From Candidatus Woesearchaeota archaeon (GTDB taxonomy: Archaea; Nanobdellota; Nanobdellia; Woesearchaeales; JAAOYA01), in contig JAAOYA010000008.1 of NCBI GenBank assembly GCA_018221105.1, forward strand, positions 64,648-128,647: DNA of 64,000 nt, written 5' to 3'. The position numbers and the translations under genes are program-made. Under the pieces are notes generated by a model that saw only the letters and a program-made list of their open reading frames with translations, had not been told where the DNA came from and made no database searches. Positions 54,692-64,000 of this stretch are shown here, piece by piece (the stretch's first letter is position 1; each line of letters opens with the position of its first letter).

Positions 54692-54847
54692 TTATTTTGA
54701 TAGGTTGTCGATTAGCTTTTGATCTTTTTTTATGTGCTCTTCGATAGCTTTTTCAAAGTAATCATTTAGTGTTATGCCTTTGAGCACAGAAATCACTTTT
54801 GCCTTTGTGTGCAGTTTCCCTGCTAGTTTTATGTTAACTCTTTTCAT
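54692..54847 (-). CDS. 51-aa ribbon-helix-helix DNA-binding protein (missing from ORF track)
   Basis: MKRVNIKLAGKLHTKAKVISVLKGITLNDYFEKAIEE. Confidence 0.8.
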   Translation of the reverse strand: MKRVNIKLAGKLHTKAKVISVLKGITLNDYFEKAIEEHIKKDQKLIDNLSK

Positions 54848-55049
54848 GTGTTTATAGTATAATCATCTAGTTTTTGTCTAGTCACGACTCTTGAAAAGTC
54901 ACTTTCATAATCATTCTAACTAAAATGATTTAAAAACTTTACTATTTTTTATGATATAACTAAAATATAGCATAAAAATATTTCTATCATTTTTATGATG
55001 AAAATCATTTCATTTATTGTCGAGAAATTCAAAAAATAAACATATTTAC

Positions 55050-56819
55050 TTATTTTAGTTCATCCAATTCTTTTTTAGAATTATTTTTTGCAGAACTAAC
55101 ACCAGAATCTTCAGCGTTCACAGTTGAATCATCAGATTTTTTCTTTTCATCTGATGATTCTTTTCCAGCCAACTGATCATAAAGCTTTTGCTTTTCTTCA
55201 TACTGATCGTAAACTTCCACAAGCATATTATAAATATTCTTTAGTGGAGGATAATCTTTAGCAGCTTGTTTAAAATCAATATCATTTGCCAACTCGTAAA
55301 TCTCATCACACACTAATTTTTCAGTTTTGTAAGGGTTTTTGTGCTCCAAGTACTTATCATGAAGCTCTAAGATTTTTTTATACAAATATTTTAGACCATC
55401 AAATTTTTCTAAATATTTTTTGAACTCTTCACTTTTTGAAATATCATAAAGCGCTTCAGACAATTGTTGCTCTAAGTGCAACAAGTAATCATTTTCTAAA
55501 TCAATAAGCATTTGTATGTGTTGATGGTGTGTAAAATGAAATTTGTTAAGGCTTTTGAGCTTTTTGTGTTCATCATACTCAAAATATTTTAAAAACCCGT
55601 AAAACCCTGCTGGAATAATTCCAAAAGTCAAAATCAAAAGCAGTAAAAAATTTGTTAAGTAATCATTGCACAAAAAGAAAAAGTAATAATACAAAAATAG
55701 TAAGCTGCCTGACAAACTTATTAAAAAAGCAAATAAATAATTTTTTCTTCTTTCTGCCAAATAATTCTTTGCTTTTGTTAAATCATCTAATTCTTCATTT
55801 TCTTTAATTTTTTTAATTTTTTGCCCGCCATAATAAAGTCTTGTGCTAATCGAAACTATAACTATCGCAAAAAATATTAATAGTGGAATACCAAAATCTT
55901 CAAAAGGTTTTGTGCAAACAATTATTGTTGGCATTTCAAAAATTGGTTTTTCTAATTCATGACAAGGTATACACGGGCCGCCACAATCAGCACTGTCTTC
56001 TCCCTGATTTTGAATACCGTCATTGCAAGTAGGAACTAGTAATTCTTGTGGGCAAGACGTGCACGGGCCGCCACAATCAATGCCTTGTTCTCCCTGATTT
56101 TGAATACCATCATCACAGCTTCCTTTGTACTCGCAAAACTGTATCATTTCAGGCTTGTTAAAATAAGTTCTGCAAAAGTTTTTATCATAACAACTACGTG
56201 TTTGAGTATCGTCTGGCTGGCAAGGCTCCCACTCAAAACACTGCCAGTCTTCAACACAGGTAAATAATGTTCTTCCAGTCTTGCTTTGTCTTCCAACATC
56301 TACTTCTTGATCATCAACATCTCCACCTCCTCCACCTCCAGGGCCGCCTCCTCCTCCGGGGGTGCAAACTCCACAATCAGCTTGACAAGTTATACAACTC
56401 TCGCCTTCTGCACCTGTACAAATAGCGTCGCCACAATAAAAGCGTGGCCAGATAAAATTAACATTGCTAAAAACTCCACTAGTCCAATTCACGTTTCCTG
56501 AAGGTCCTGCTTCTTGCAAATTATAAAAAAATCTTATTATATCTCCTGGTTCTGCTCCCTCATCAGCAAGCGTTTGAGGATCATCACCTTTGCACGATAA
56601 TAGACCATAATAGTTATTATTTACTATTGTAAATTGTCCGCAAAGAGTATTGTTAGGGTCAACAGCATAAAGCGTGTAGCCAAAAGTAGTATTAGAGTTC
56701 ACATCAGTAAAGGCCCCGTAGAACTCCATAGATTTTGGTGGCAACGCAAGAGTTAGCACACTGCTAAAAAGTATTAAAATCATTGTTGTAGTAATGAATG
56801 TTTTTTTTGTAAGCAACAT
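55050..56819 (-). CDS. Membrane protein with Cys-rich extracellular repeats, Gly linker, three TM helices and a cytoplasmic domain
   Basis: Signal peptide, CGD.IC...E.C.TC..DC, poly-G linker, two CxDGIQNQGE..DCGGPC repeats. Confidence 0.82.
   Translation of the reverse strand: MLLTKKTFITTTMILILFSSVLTLALPPKSMEFYGAFTDVNSNTTFGYTLYAVDPNNTLCGQFTIVNNNYYGLLSCKGDDPQTLADEGAEPGDIIRFFYNLQEAGPSGNVNWTSGVFSNVNFIWPRFYCGDAICTGAEGESCITCQADCGVCTPGGGGGPGGGGGGDVDDQEVDVGRQSKTGRTLFTCVEDWQCFEWEPCQPDDTQTRSCYDKNFCRTYFNKPEMIQFCEYKGSCDDGIQNQGEQGIDCGGPCTSCPQELLVPTCNDGIQNQGEDSADCGGPCIPCHELEKPIFEMPTIIVCTKPFEDFGIPLLIFFAIVIVSISTRLYYGGQKIKKIKENEELDDLTKAKNYLAERRKNYLFAFLISLSGSLLFLYYYFFFLCNDYLTNFLLLLILTFGIIPAGFYGFLKYFEYDEHKKLKSLNKFHFTHHQHIQMLIDLENDYLLHLEQQLSEALYDISKSEEFKKYLEKFDGLKYLYKKILELHDKYLEHKNPYKTEKLVCDEIYELANDIDFKQAAKDYPPLKNIYNMLVEVYDQYEEKQKLYDQLAGKESSDEKKKSDDSTVNAEDSGVSSAKNNSKKELDELK
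55972..56108. repeat. Intragenic direct repeat, 90-nt period
   Basis: CACGGGCCGCCACAATCA...TCTCCCTGATTTTGAATACC at 55972-56018 and 56062-56108. Confidence 0.8.
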
Positions 56820-56858
56820 TTTTTAATATTTTTTTACAATCTATTTATTTTATGCAGT

Positions 56859-57530
56859 CTAACTAAATGTTAGTTGATTGTTTGAAAGCATGTAAATCCA
56901 ATAAGCGCTAAAAGGTTCCATATAATTTAGTGTTGTGTTAGGACCAATAGGATAATAATAATACCAAGTGCTGTCTGATGCATTGTAGTAACGCACTTCA
57001 CTAAAAAGTCCCGCTATGGGCGCTAGTACAGTAGTAATATTCTGTACTGTATTATCAGGGTATCCTATAAGATTCCAGCCACTGTAGAGCCATATTGTAT
57101 TTGGTTTTGTAAAAACGTCATAATAAAAATATGGAGTGTCATTATATGCCTCTATTATATAACCATCAACACGATTGATATGTGTTAAATCAAAAATTAC
57201 GTTTGCTGGCAGTCCTTGCTTGTAAGCTTTCCAAGGGTCAAAATTATCAGTTTCAACATACGAGAACGCGCCATAATATTCTCCACTAATATTTTCTAAA
57301 ACTGTCTCAATGGGACGTGACAGGTAAACGCAATAAAATGATACGTGATTATCACCTTGATAAAAATCAAATTGACAATTATAACTGTTAGTTCCAGTAA
57401 TATTGACTATTGCTGCAACAAAACCTGTTACTCCAGCATCAAAAAAAAATAGTACTACTATAAAAAAAAGTGTTAGTGCTAGCATTGTAGCCAATAATCC
57501 CAGTCTAACCCTTTTATGATATGGAAGCAT
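56859..57530 (-). CDS. Membrane-anchored surface protein with two GWNLI-type beta repeats
   Basis: N-terminal TM; GDNHVSF and GWNLIGYP...YWI repeats. Confidence 0.75.
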   Translation of the reverse strand: MLPYHKRVRLGLLATMLALTLFFIVVLFFFDAGVTGFVAAIVNITGTNSYNCQFDFYQGDNHVSFYCVYLSRPIETVLENISGEYYGAFSYVETDNFDPWKAYKQGLPANVIFDLTHINRVDGYIIEAYNDTPYFYYDVFTKPNTIWLYSGWNLIGYPDNTVQNITTVLAPIAGLFSEVRYYNASDSTWYYYYPIGPNTTLNYMEPFSAYWIYMLSNNQLTFS

Positions 57531-57614
57531 AATAATATTTTATTGTGCTCAACTGGTATAAATAATCATCGAAAAAAATTACTTTTGTTCATGTACAGAT
57601 TTATGATGTTGAAC

Positions 57615-59381
57615 TCAATGTTTTCTTATATGATGTCCGCATTTTTTGCAAGTTTTTCTTTTTGGATGATTTTTTGTCTCACAATTCGGACATTTTTTCT
57701 TTATTGATTTGTAAATCAAAAATAATAATATTGCAAGCAACACTAAAAGTATCCAGAACACGTAATCAATTCCTGCTAGTTTGAATAAGAAGTCTGCATA
57801 AGTGACTCTCACTAATGCATTTTCGCGCATTCCGTGATACGCGCGAACTGTTAGTTCTTGATTGTCATCAAAATCTTCCTCTTGTAATTCTGCCTCAATA
57901 CCTATCTTTTTTTGTTTACCAACTTTGATAAATGTTGTTCCGTCAGCTCCAACAATTAAATCTTGGCCATTAACTATCAAATTAATAATTTCTGGAAAAA
58001 CATAAGCGTCAACTTCTCCAGTGTTTTCAATAGTCACCAAGAACTCTCCGCTCTTATCATAAACTAAATCTTTGATTTCTATTTGTGAATCATCAAAAAC
58101 TCTTACTATGCTAACAGTTAGTGTTGCTTCTAAAATATTTTCTAAGCTTCCTGGAGCTTCACCATATATTGTAAAAACTTTTGCTATCAGTGTGTTAAAA
58201 TCGCCAATTGCTTCTTCTGACTGGTATTGAATTGTTTTTGACTCTAAACCATCAATAAATATTGGATTGTCTTCTTCATCAATTTGTCCTGTTCGCTCAT
58301 CAATTTTTCTAAGCACAAACTCTTGACCATCAGCGTCAACAGTTATCGTGCTCTTAAAATAAGCTGCTAGTTCTTCAAGATTTTGATAACTAACTTCCAA
58401 TAATCCTGTTGCTTGATTATATTCAACACTTGATATGTTTAATTGTAACACGTAACGTGGCAAGTAAAACCTGTCCAAGTCTTCAACTGATGAAATGGTT
58501 CCTGATGGTATTCTAGCTCCTTGTCCGAACTTTACAAAAACTGGAATGCCAATTTGCCGTCTGATAAAAGTTGCTGCTCCTACAAGTTCATTTCCTATAA
58601 GTACTGCTACTTGTAAGTCGCTTTGTTCTATGTAATCACGTATTTTATCTGGTACGTTAGTACGTCCCAAAAATAGTACTGGGTCATTGCCGCTCATAAT
58701 GCTTGCTTCTATAAATTCCCCGTTTGTAATGATTGTTTGTTTGGCATCTGTTAGTTTTATGTATTCTTTTACTATTGCAATATTGTTATCGAAACGGTCT
58801 CCTTCATGGATTATTGTTGGACTGTAAAATTCTAATGCTGTTTTGACTTCACGGTCTACTTGACCGTAGATTAGTAAATCATTTACGCTGGCATCCGCTA
58901 GAAAATCCACTACATCATCAATGTTGTCACGATCAGCAAATAATACATAAGCATTTGTTTTTGCTGCGTAAGGTGCTACCGATATAGCGTTATAACCATA
59001 TGAATCATCTATTATTATAAAATTACTAATAGTGCCTATTAATTCTCTTGCTAATTCAATATTTGCTTGACGTGTTACTATTTCTTGCGCATTATAACCT
59101 CTGGACTCGATTATTGTGTCATAGCCTACAACATAAGGCTCTGATCGTGAACTGACCGCAGTAATATTTTCAACATTTAATGGAACAGCATTTAATATTA
59201 TCGGACCATGACGTGTGCTTGTCAGAAAAGCATAACTTTTTTGTTGCAAGTTCGCGTATTCTATTGTTGAATAAACATCGCGCCAATCTTTAGAATTTGC
59301 AATAATATATTGTGGTTGTGCACTAACAATTGTTACTATTAAAAAAATTGCTAATATTAAAGCTAAAATGTGTTTTTTCAC
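57615..59381 (-). CDS. Surface protein with cell-wall-binding-2-like region, Ig domains, TM and cytoplasmic zinc ribbon
   Basis: Signal peptide, G.DRFD.N, C-terminal TM then CPNC...CKKC. Confidence 0.7.
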   Translation of the reverse strand: MKKHILALILAIFLIVTIVSAQPQYIIANSKDWRDVYSTIEYANLQQKSYAFLTSTRHGPIILNAVPLNVENITAVSSRSEPYVVGYDTIIESRGYNAQEIVTRQANIELARELIGTISNFIIIDDSYGYNAISVAPYAAKTNAYVLFADRDNIDDVVDFLADASVNDLLIYGQVDREVKTALEFYSPTIIHEGDRFDNNIAIVKEYIKLTDAKQTIITNGEFIEASIMSGNDPVLFLGRTNVPDKIRDYIEQSDLQVAVLIGNELVGAATFIRRQIGIPVFVKFGQGARIPSGTISSVEDLDRFYLPRYVLQLNISSVEYNQATGLLEVSYQNLEELAAYFKSTITVDADGQEFVLRKIDERTGQIDEEDNPIFIDGLESKTIQYQSEEAIGDFNTLIAKVFTIYGEAPGSLENILEATLTVSIVRVFDDSQIEIKDLVYDKSGEFLVTIENTGEVDAYVFPEIINLIVNGQDLIVGADGTTFIKVGKQKKIGIEAELQEEDFDDNQELTVRAYHGMRENALVRVTYADFLFKLAGIDYVFWILLVLLAILLFLIYKSIKKKCPNCETKNHPKRKTCKKCGHHIRKH

Positions 59382-59503
59382 TAGTATTCCACCCTTGACT
59401 TGTAAGTTACCAGGCCATATATAAACTTTGTGATGTAAGTTTTGTCTTGTTATAAAAACATTTTTAAAGACTATTGCTCAAACAATAAGCAAAGGGGTGT
59501 ATT

Positions 59504-60406
59504 ATGAGCATTAAAGATTTAAAAGAGCGGGTTAAAAAGACTTTTTCTGAAAAAGAACAGTTACTTGATACTCCCAGAGAAGTTCCAGAACTGGCTGAAG
59601 ACTTATTTGAAGATGATAAACAATTAGTGCAAGATGTTAGTATTGCTACAAATTCTCAAAAAGAAGAAGTTAAAGTTGAAAATGTCATTAAAGAACCTGT
59701 AAAGCCTATTGTTCCTGACGAGTTGCCTGGCGCAAAAAAACTAGTTGTCCAAGAATCTATTAGTGTTAACGAGCCAAAAAAAGCAATGCAAGAAATCAAA
59801 TCTTCTATTCCAGCCCCGCCCGTTAATGTTAAGCCACAAGCCGAATATTTTGCAAAGCTAGAAAACATAATGTCTGATGATAAAGCAGCAATTAATGATA
59901 TTTTGTCAAAAGACTTGTTAAATGATATGAAAGATTATTATTCGAAAAATCCTAATGCTAAAATTATTGATGATTCTAAAGGTGAGATTGAAGTTTTGCT
60001 AAAATTAAAGATTCGTGAGCTTGAAGATTTTGAACGTGAATGGCTTGAGAACAGGAAAATTTTTGATGATTTAAAATTGCTATTGTTAAAAAAAGAAAAT
60101 CAAATTCGCAATTTGGCAGAAGAAGTTAAATCATTGTTTAAGCGTTTGCGCGAAGCAAACATTGCTATTAGTCCTGACAAGTATTTTGGTATTGCTGATG
60201 GTCGATTATTAAAAGGTATTACTGAGTTGAAGACTGCACTTATGAATATGAAAGACGAAGTTTTTGAACATCACGTGACTAAAGAACGCAATGATTTTGC
60301 TAGTTGGGTCGAAGGCGTTTTTAACATGAAAAATCTTGCTAGCAAATTGAAAAGCACAAAAAAACCTCAAGAAATGGTAGCTTTTATTGAAGAAGAAGGA
60401 TTCTAA
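59504..60406 (+). CDS. Coiled-coil protein with C-terminal DUF5752-like domain
   Basis: DG..LK.I.EL...F.HHV...RNDFASWV. Confidence 0.75.
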   Translation: MSIKDLKERVKKTFSEKEQLLDTPREVPELAEDLFEDDKQLVQDVSIATNSQKEEVKVENVIKEPVKPIVPDELPGAKKLVVQESISVNEPKKAMQEIKSSIPAPPVNVKPQAEYFAKLENIMSDDKAAINDILSKDLLNDMKDYYSKNPNAKIIDDSKGEIEVLLKLKIRELEDFEREWLENRKIFDDLKLLLLKKENQIRNLAEEVKSLFKRLREANIAISPDKYFGIADGRLLKGITELKTALMNMKDEVFEHHVTKERNDFASWVEGVFNMKNLASKLKSTKKPQEMVAFIEEEGF

Positions 60407-61590
60407 GTTTTTTCTAGCAGGCTTTGTGTTTTTTGTATTATTCTTTTTTCAAAGTCTGTGACTCGTTCGCCTTCAAGTTTTGGCTCTGAAAGAGCTTGAA
60501 GTAAGTCTTTTAATAATTGTAAGTTGTTGAATTTTTTTGGTAGTTGATCTAAGTGTTCTGCTAAAATGTTTTGTTCTATGTCTTGAATGCTTGAAAAGTC
60601 TGCTTTTAGTTCTGAAAACTCTTTGCTTTTTAGCGCACTGGTATTGCGCATTACAAAGTATGCGCCATTATTGTATAATTCTTTTGTGAAATCTTGCAGG
60701 TTTATATCTTTTAATTTTCCTTCAACTAATTGACCACTTAATCGTATTGTAATTATTGTGTTGTAATATTCTTTGTTTGCTAGTTGTTCTTTAAGTTTTT
60801 CAATCACTTGCTCTGCTATTAAACCTGTACAATCAAGTTCTACACTTTGAACGTTGTGTATTATTATTGGTTCAAAACTTATTTCTCCATCATCGTATAA
60901 TACGTAAGTGCCGTGTTTTAATTCTTCTAATTCTTTAAAATTGTTAGCAAAAAGTGGTCCTGGATAGACTATGTTGTCTTGTTGTATTCTTTCGTGAACG
61001 TGTCCGCCTGCATAATAATCAAAATTTTTTGGCAGCAAACTTAATGGCGTGCTATCGATTTGTTTTAGTGCTTCACTTTTTAGTTCATCGATTGCCGAGT
61101 GAAACATGAAAATCTTAAATCCTTCTTCTTTTTCTAGAGGTGTTCTGTTTAATTGCTGGTAAAAAGTTTTTTCTAAACTGCCTTTTTTTCCTGGCATTCC
61201 AACAATTTTAGCGCCTGTTTTTTTATTTGTTGTAAAATTTAATTCTAATTTGTCATCAATCATATTGCCACGCGCAACATTCACAAAAAGCTCTGCTTCT
61301 TCTAGAACATCAAGCATTGTTTTACCGCTAGGACTATAATCATGGCTGCCCGCAATAATATAAACTTGTATATCATTATTTTTTAGAGTTTTTAATTTTT
61401 TAACAACACGTTTTAGTTTGTCAATTGATGGTAGTGCAGTGTTGAACAAGTCTCCAGTAATTAGTAGAAAATCAACTTTTTTTAGTATTATGTCATCGAT
61501 TGCTTTTTCAAAAGCTTCAGTGCTAGCATCTTGGAGTAGTGGGTCGCGCCAACTGCCAATGTGACAATCAGCAAAATGAGCAAATTTCAT
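60403..61590 (-). CDS. mre11: DNA double-strand break repair nuclease Mre11
   Basis: ADCHIG, GDLF, GSHD, FH, YYAGGHVH, YPG. Confidence 0.92.
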   Translation of the reverse strand: MKFAHFADCHIGSWRDPLLQDASTEAFEKAIDDIILKKVDFLLITGDLFNTALPSIDKLKRVVKKLKTLKNNDIQVYIIAGSHDYSPSGKTMLDVLEEAELFVNVARGNMIDDKLELNFTTNKKTGAKIVGMPGKKGSLEKTFYQQLNRTPLEKEEGFKIFMFHSAIDELKSEALKQIDSTPLSLLPKNFDYYAGGHVHERIQQDNIVYPGPLFANNFKELEELKHGTYVLYDDGEISFEPIIIHNVQSVELDCTGLIAEQVIEKLKEQLANKEYYNTIITIRLSGQLVEGKLKDINLQDFTKELYNNGAYFVMRNTSALKSKEFSELKADFSSIQDIEQNILAEHLDQLPKKFNNLQLLKDLLQALSEPKLEGERVTDFEKRIIQKTQSLLEKT

Positions 61591-61621
61591 GAAGATAAGA
61601 ATTAAATTGTTATATATAAGA

Positions 61622-62134
61622 TTATTTTACTACTCTTAACATTCCGTATCTGCTTATTTCTTCTGTAGTTGGTTGATGAATTAATTGTTTTACTTGTTCA
61701 AAATCATCATCTCCTGTAATATAGCTATCAGGAATGTCTATTTGATGTTTTACTTGTATAAAACCGCCTCTTAGTTTTAATAGTTCATAAGAAAGTGTTT
61801 TTTGCAATCCACTGCACAATACTATTGTTTGCTCAGTTTCTTCTAAAGTTTCTATTTTATTAAATGTTCTGCCGATAATCTCTAAAAGATTAGTGCTAAT
61901 ATAGCCTTTTAGTCCTTGTTGTCGAGCATATAGTCCAGTTTGTCTTGCTATTTCTTGATAATCTATAATTCCCATGTCCCACGCCCTAAGATTTTCTTCG
62001 TCTGTTGAATCATGTAAAAGAATATGTAATATATGCAATCCTAAGTCTTTTTGTTCTTCATCAATAACTCCTAAAACTTCAAGACTTAGTGTTTTTTGAA
62101 TGGGTGATTCTTGAATTGTCTTTTCTGTTGTCAT
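61622..62134 (-). CDS. Hypothetical protein
   Basis: 170 aa ORF with own TATA box; no recognised motif. Confidence 0.6.
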   Translation of the reverse strand: MTTEKTIQESPIQKTLSLEVLGVIDEEQKDLGLHILHILLHDSTDEENLRAWDMGIIDYQEIARQTGLYARQQGLKGYISTNLLEIIGRTFNKIETLEETEQTIVLCSGLQKTLSYELLKLRGGFIQVKHQIDIPDSYITGDDDFEQVKQLIHQPTTEEISRYGMLRVVK

Positions 62135-62195
62135 ATGAGAAGAAACCAAAAACCTATTTATAAATGTTACTATTACATAGTGATGAATTAGTACA

Positions 62196-62654
62196 TCATA
62201 CGGTTTTTCTGTCTTGCTCTTGTAATTGATGCACTTTTAATTCTTCCGAGCTCAAATCTCTTGTAATCAAACCAACAACACCTTCTAAAAAAGTATTTAG
62301 AGAACTCATTTTTAGTTTTAAATCATTTTCGTAAAGTCCTTGAGCAGTAGCTGCTTTAAACTCAGTAATGAAAGATATTGTTCTTTGAGCAATTTGATCA
62401 ATATCAGTTTTTAATTGTTGGTTAGCAGTATGTTTTAAGAGTCCTAAAATATCCTTTCTGAATTTTTCTAAGCGAGTATACAACACACTAGTAACTCTTG
62501 GATCAAGAACTTTTTGTATATCATGAATTTCAAAAAGGACTTCTTTTCTAATAGCTTTTATTAATTGCAATTCATCATCAAACAAATCTTCTATTCTGTT
62601 TTGATCATCTTCAAGTCTTTTTGCTAGTTTTACCAGTCGGCTCATTACTTTCAC
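62196..62654 (-). CDS. Hypothetical helical protein
   Basis: GTGA overlap with the herA stop. Confidence 0.65.
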   Translation of the reverse strand: MKVMSRLVKLAKRLEDDQNRIEDLFDDELQLIKAIRKEVLFEIHDIQKVLDPRVTSVLYTRLEKFRKDILGLLKHTANQQLKTDIDQIAQRTISFITEFKAATAQGLYENDLKLKMSSLNTFLEGVVGLITRDLSSEELKVHQLQEQDRKTV

Positions 62655-64000
62655 TCCTTGAATAGTTCTTGTGTATCTATTTTAGGTTGCTGCTTTTTAT
62701 TCTTTTCTGTTTGTGTTTTTAAATCATCAAAAAAAGGAATTTTGACAGGTATTGCAAACTTTGCAAAATTACTAGTTATAATTGCCTCTCCAATATCCAA
62801 ACTTGCAATAGCTCTCTCATCATCAGACAAGTCCTGGCTTGCCGATTCAATTATCGCAGTGCGCTCTGGTTTCATCTCAAGGCCTAAAATGATTTTTGTG
62901 TTCATGTTAGCCAATATTTGGCGCGGGATAAGTGAAGGCAATTGTGTTATTGCAACAAGGCCAACGTTGAACTTTCTTCCCTCTCGTGCAATTGTTGAAA
63001 AAATGTTTGGTCCACTCTCTAAAACTTCTTTTCCCAAGACACGAGGTGCTTCTTCTAAAACTATACTAATAACTGGTTTTTGTGAAAGTTTGCCACTAGT
63101 TTTGTAATAGCGATATTTATTGAGCACCTCTGTTGCAATAAATGATCCTACAAGTATTTCCTCAGCACCACTAAAACAACTAGTGTTAACAATAACTGTT
63201 TTCGCGTCTTCCAAATCACGAATTATCGCTGGCAGTGTGCTCTCGCCTGCTTTTAGTGAAAAAGCTCCAAGCTCTAATAACTTGTTTTCTTTAAAGTCCA
63301 AGCTTAACATGTTCATCAACCTTCTTTTAACAACTCCAAGTGTAGCTTCATTAAACATTAAGTCTAGTGGACGCTCTAAAATTATTGCTTCAACCCAATT
63401 ATTGTTGAATTTTTTATGATAAGCGCTCAAGAGTTCTCGTTGTGCGTCACTCCAATTAACAGCTCCATTAAAGTGTGCAGGTCTTAAATGTTTAATATTG
63501 AGTTTTAGTGTTCGCCCGCCAACAGGAACATCAAAAGGAGTATAGTAAACAATACTATTAGGATGATCTTTTAGTCCAAAACTATTGCGCCCGTAATACT
63601 CATCGTGAGGGTCCAATACTAGCATCCCACAATAATCATTGTCATTGACACTCCACAAAATGTTTTTTACCAGGTTGCTTTTGCCACGACCAGTAGTCGC
63701 AGGTATTAATACATGATGCGATAAAACTTTTCTGCCATCAAGACTTATTTTGACGTCGACTGTTTTTGAGCCGCTTCGCAAGCTTCCGACAAAAAGTGAG
63801 TGCTCTGGTGTTGTCAAAAATGACAAATCATTTTTTGTTATGCTTCTAAGCTGTGAAAAAAAAGATGGTAAAAACTTCGGACTTTTAACAATTTTGTCTT
63901 GCACTGTGAGCATCGGTTTTAATATTGCTAAAGTATAATTTCGCAAGTTTTCATCAAAAAATGATACGTCAGTGTTTTCCTCAATTTTAAAACCGCTAAT
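62651..64000 (-). CDS. herA: HerA bipolar helicase/ATPase (5' end outside the window)
   Basis: [29 protein letters not shown]; frame open to the window end. Confidence 0.9.
   Translation of the reverse strand: MSGFKIEENTDVSFFDENLRNYTLAILKPMLTVQDKIVKSPKFLPSFFSQLRSITKNDLSFLTTPEHSLFVGSLRSGSKTVDVKISLDGRKVLSHHVLIPATTGRGKSNLVKNILWSVNDNDYCGMLVLDPHDEYYGRNSFGLKDHPNSIVYYTPFDVPVGGRTLKLNIKHLRPAHFNGAVNWSDAQRELLSAYHKKFNNNWVEAIILERPLDLMFNEATLGVVKRRLMNMLSLDFKENKLLELGAFSLKAGESTLPAIIRDLEDAKTVIVNTSCFSGAEEILVGSFIATEVLNKYRYYKTSGKLSQKPVISIVLEEAPRVLGKEVLESGPNIFSTIAREGRKFNVGLVAITQLPSLIPRQILANMNTKIILGLEMKPERTAIIESASQDLSDDERAIASLDIGEAIITSNFAKFAIPVKIPFFDDLKTQTEKNKKQQPKIDTQELFKE

Noticed and set aside
56323-56363. CCT/CCA low-complexity tract
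   Set aside because: Encodes an ordinary poly-Gly linker
1-64000. CRISPR array, rRNA, transposase or integrase
   Set aside because: No regularly spaced repeats, long GC-rich RNA genes or recombinase motifs seen by eye

Overview
AT-rich archaeal chromosome segment, most consistent with a DPANN lineage such as Woesearchaeota. That assignment is inferred from eS8, eL15, uS15, Dph5, CarS, HerA/Mre11/Rad50, BRE-TATA promoters, BHB tRNA introns and many small orphan genes. Core content: ribosomal proteins, FtsZ, DNA ligase, DNA repair helicases/nucleases, sugar enzymes, a four-gene phospholipid head-group operon, five tRNAs (four intron-containing, two of them with a second non-canonical intron near the 5' end) and a ~13 kb surface-protein cluster. 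Best candidates for undescribed systems: (1) a tightly coupled operon of radical SAM + tandem double-ParB + HhH/Fe-S glycosylase-like genes between ftsZ and dph5; (2) free-standing endonuclease genes directly in front of exactly the two tRNAs that carry non-canonical 5' introns, a possible collaborative homing arrangement; (3) a WxL/DUF916-like surface-fibre locus. Also notable: an archaeal GGDEF protein, a Hel308 lacking its ATPase domain and a small tRNA-adjacent toxin-antitoxin-like island. All product calls come from motif recognition by eye; no database searches were run. No CRISPR array, rRNA or transposase was seen.
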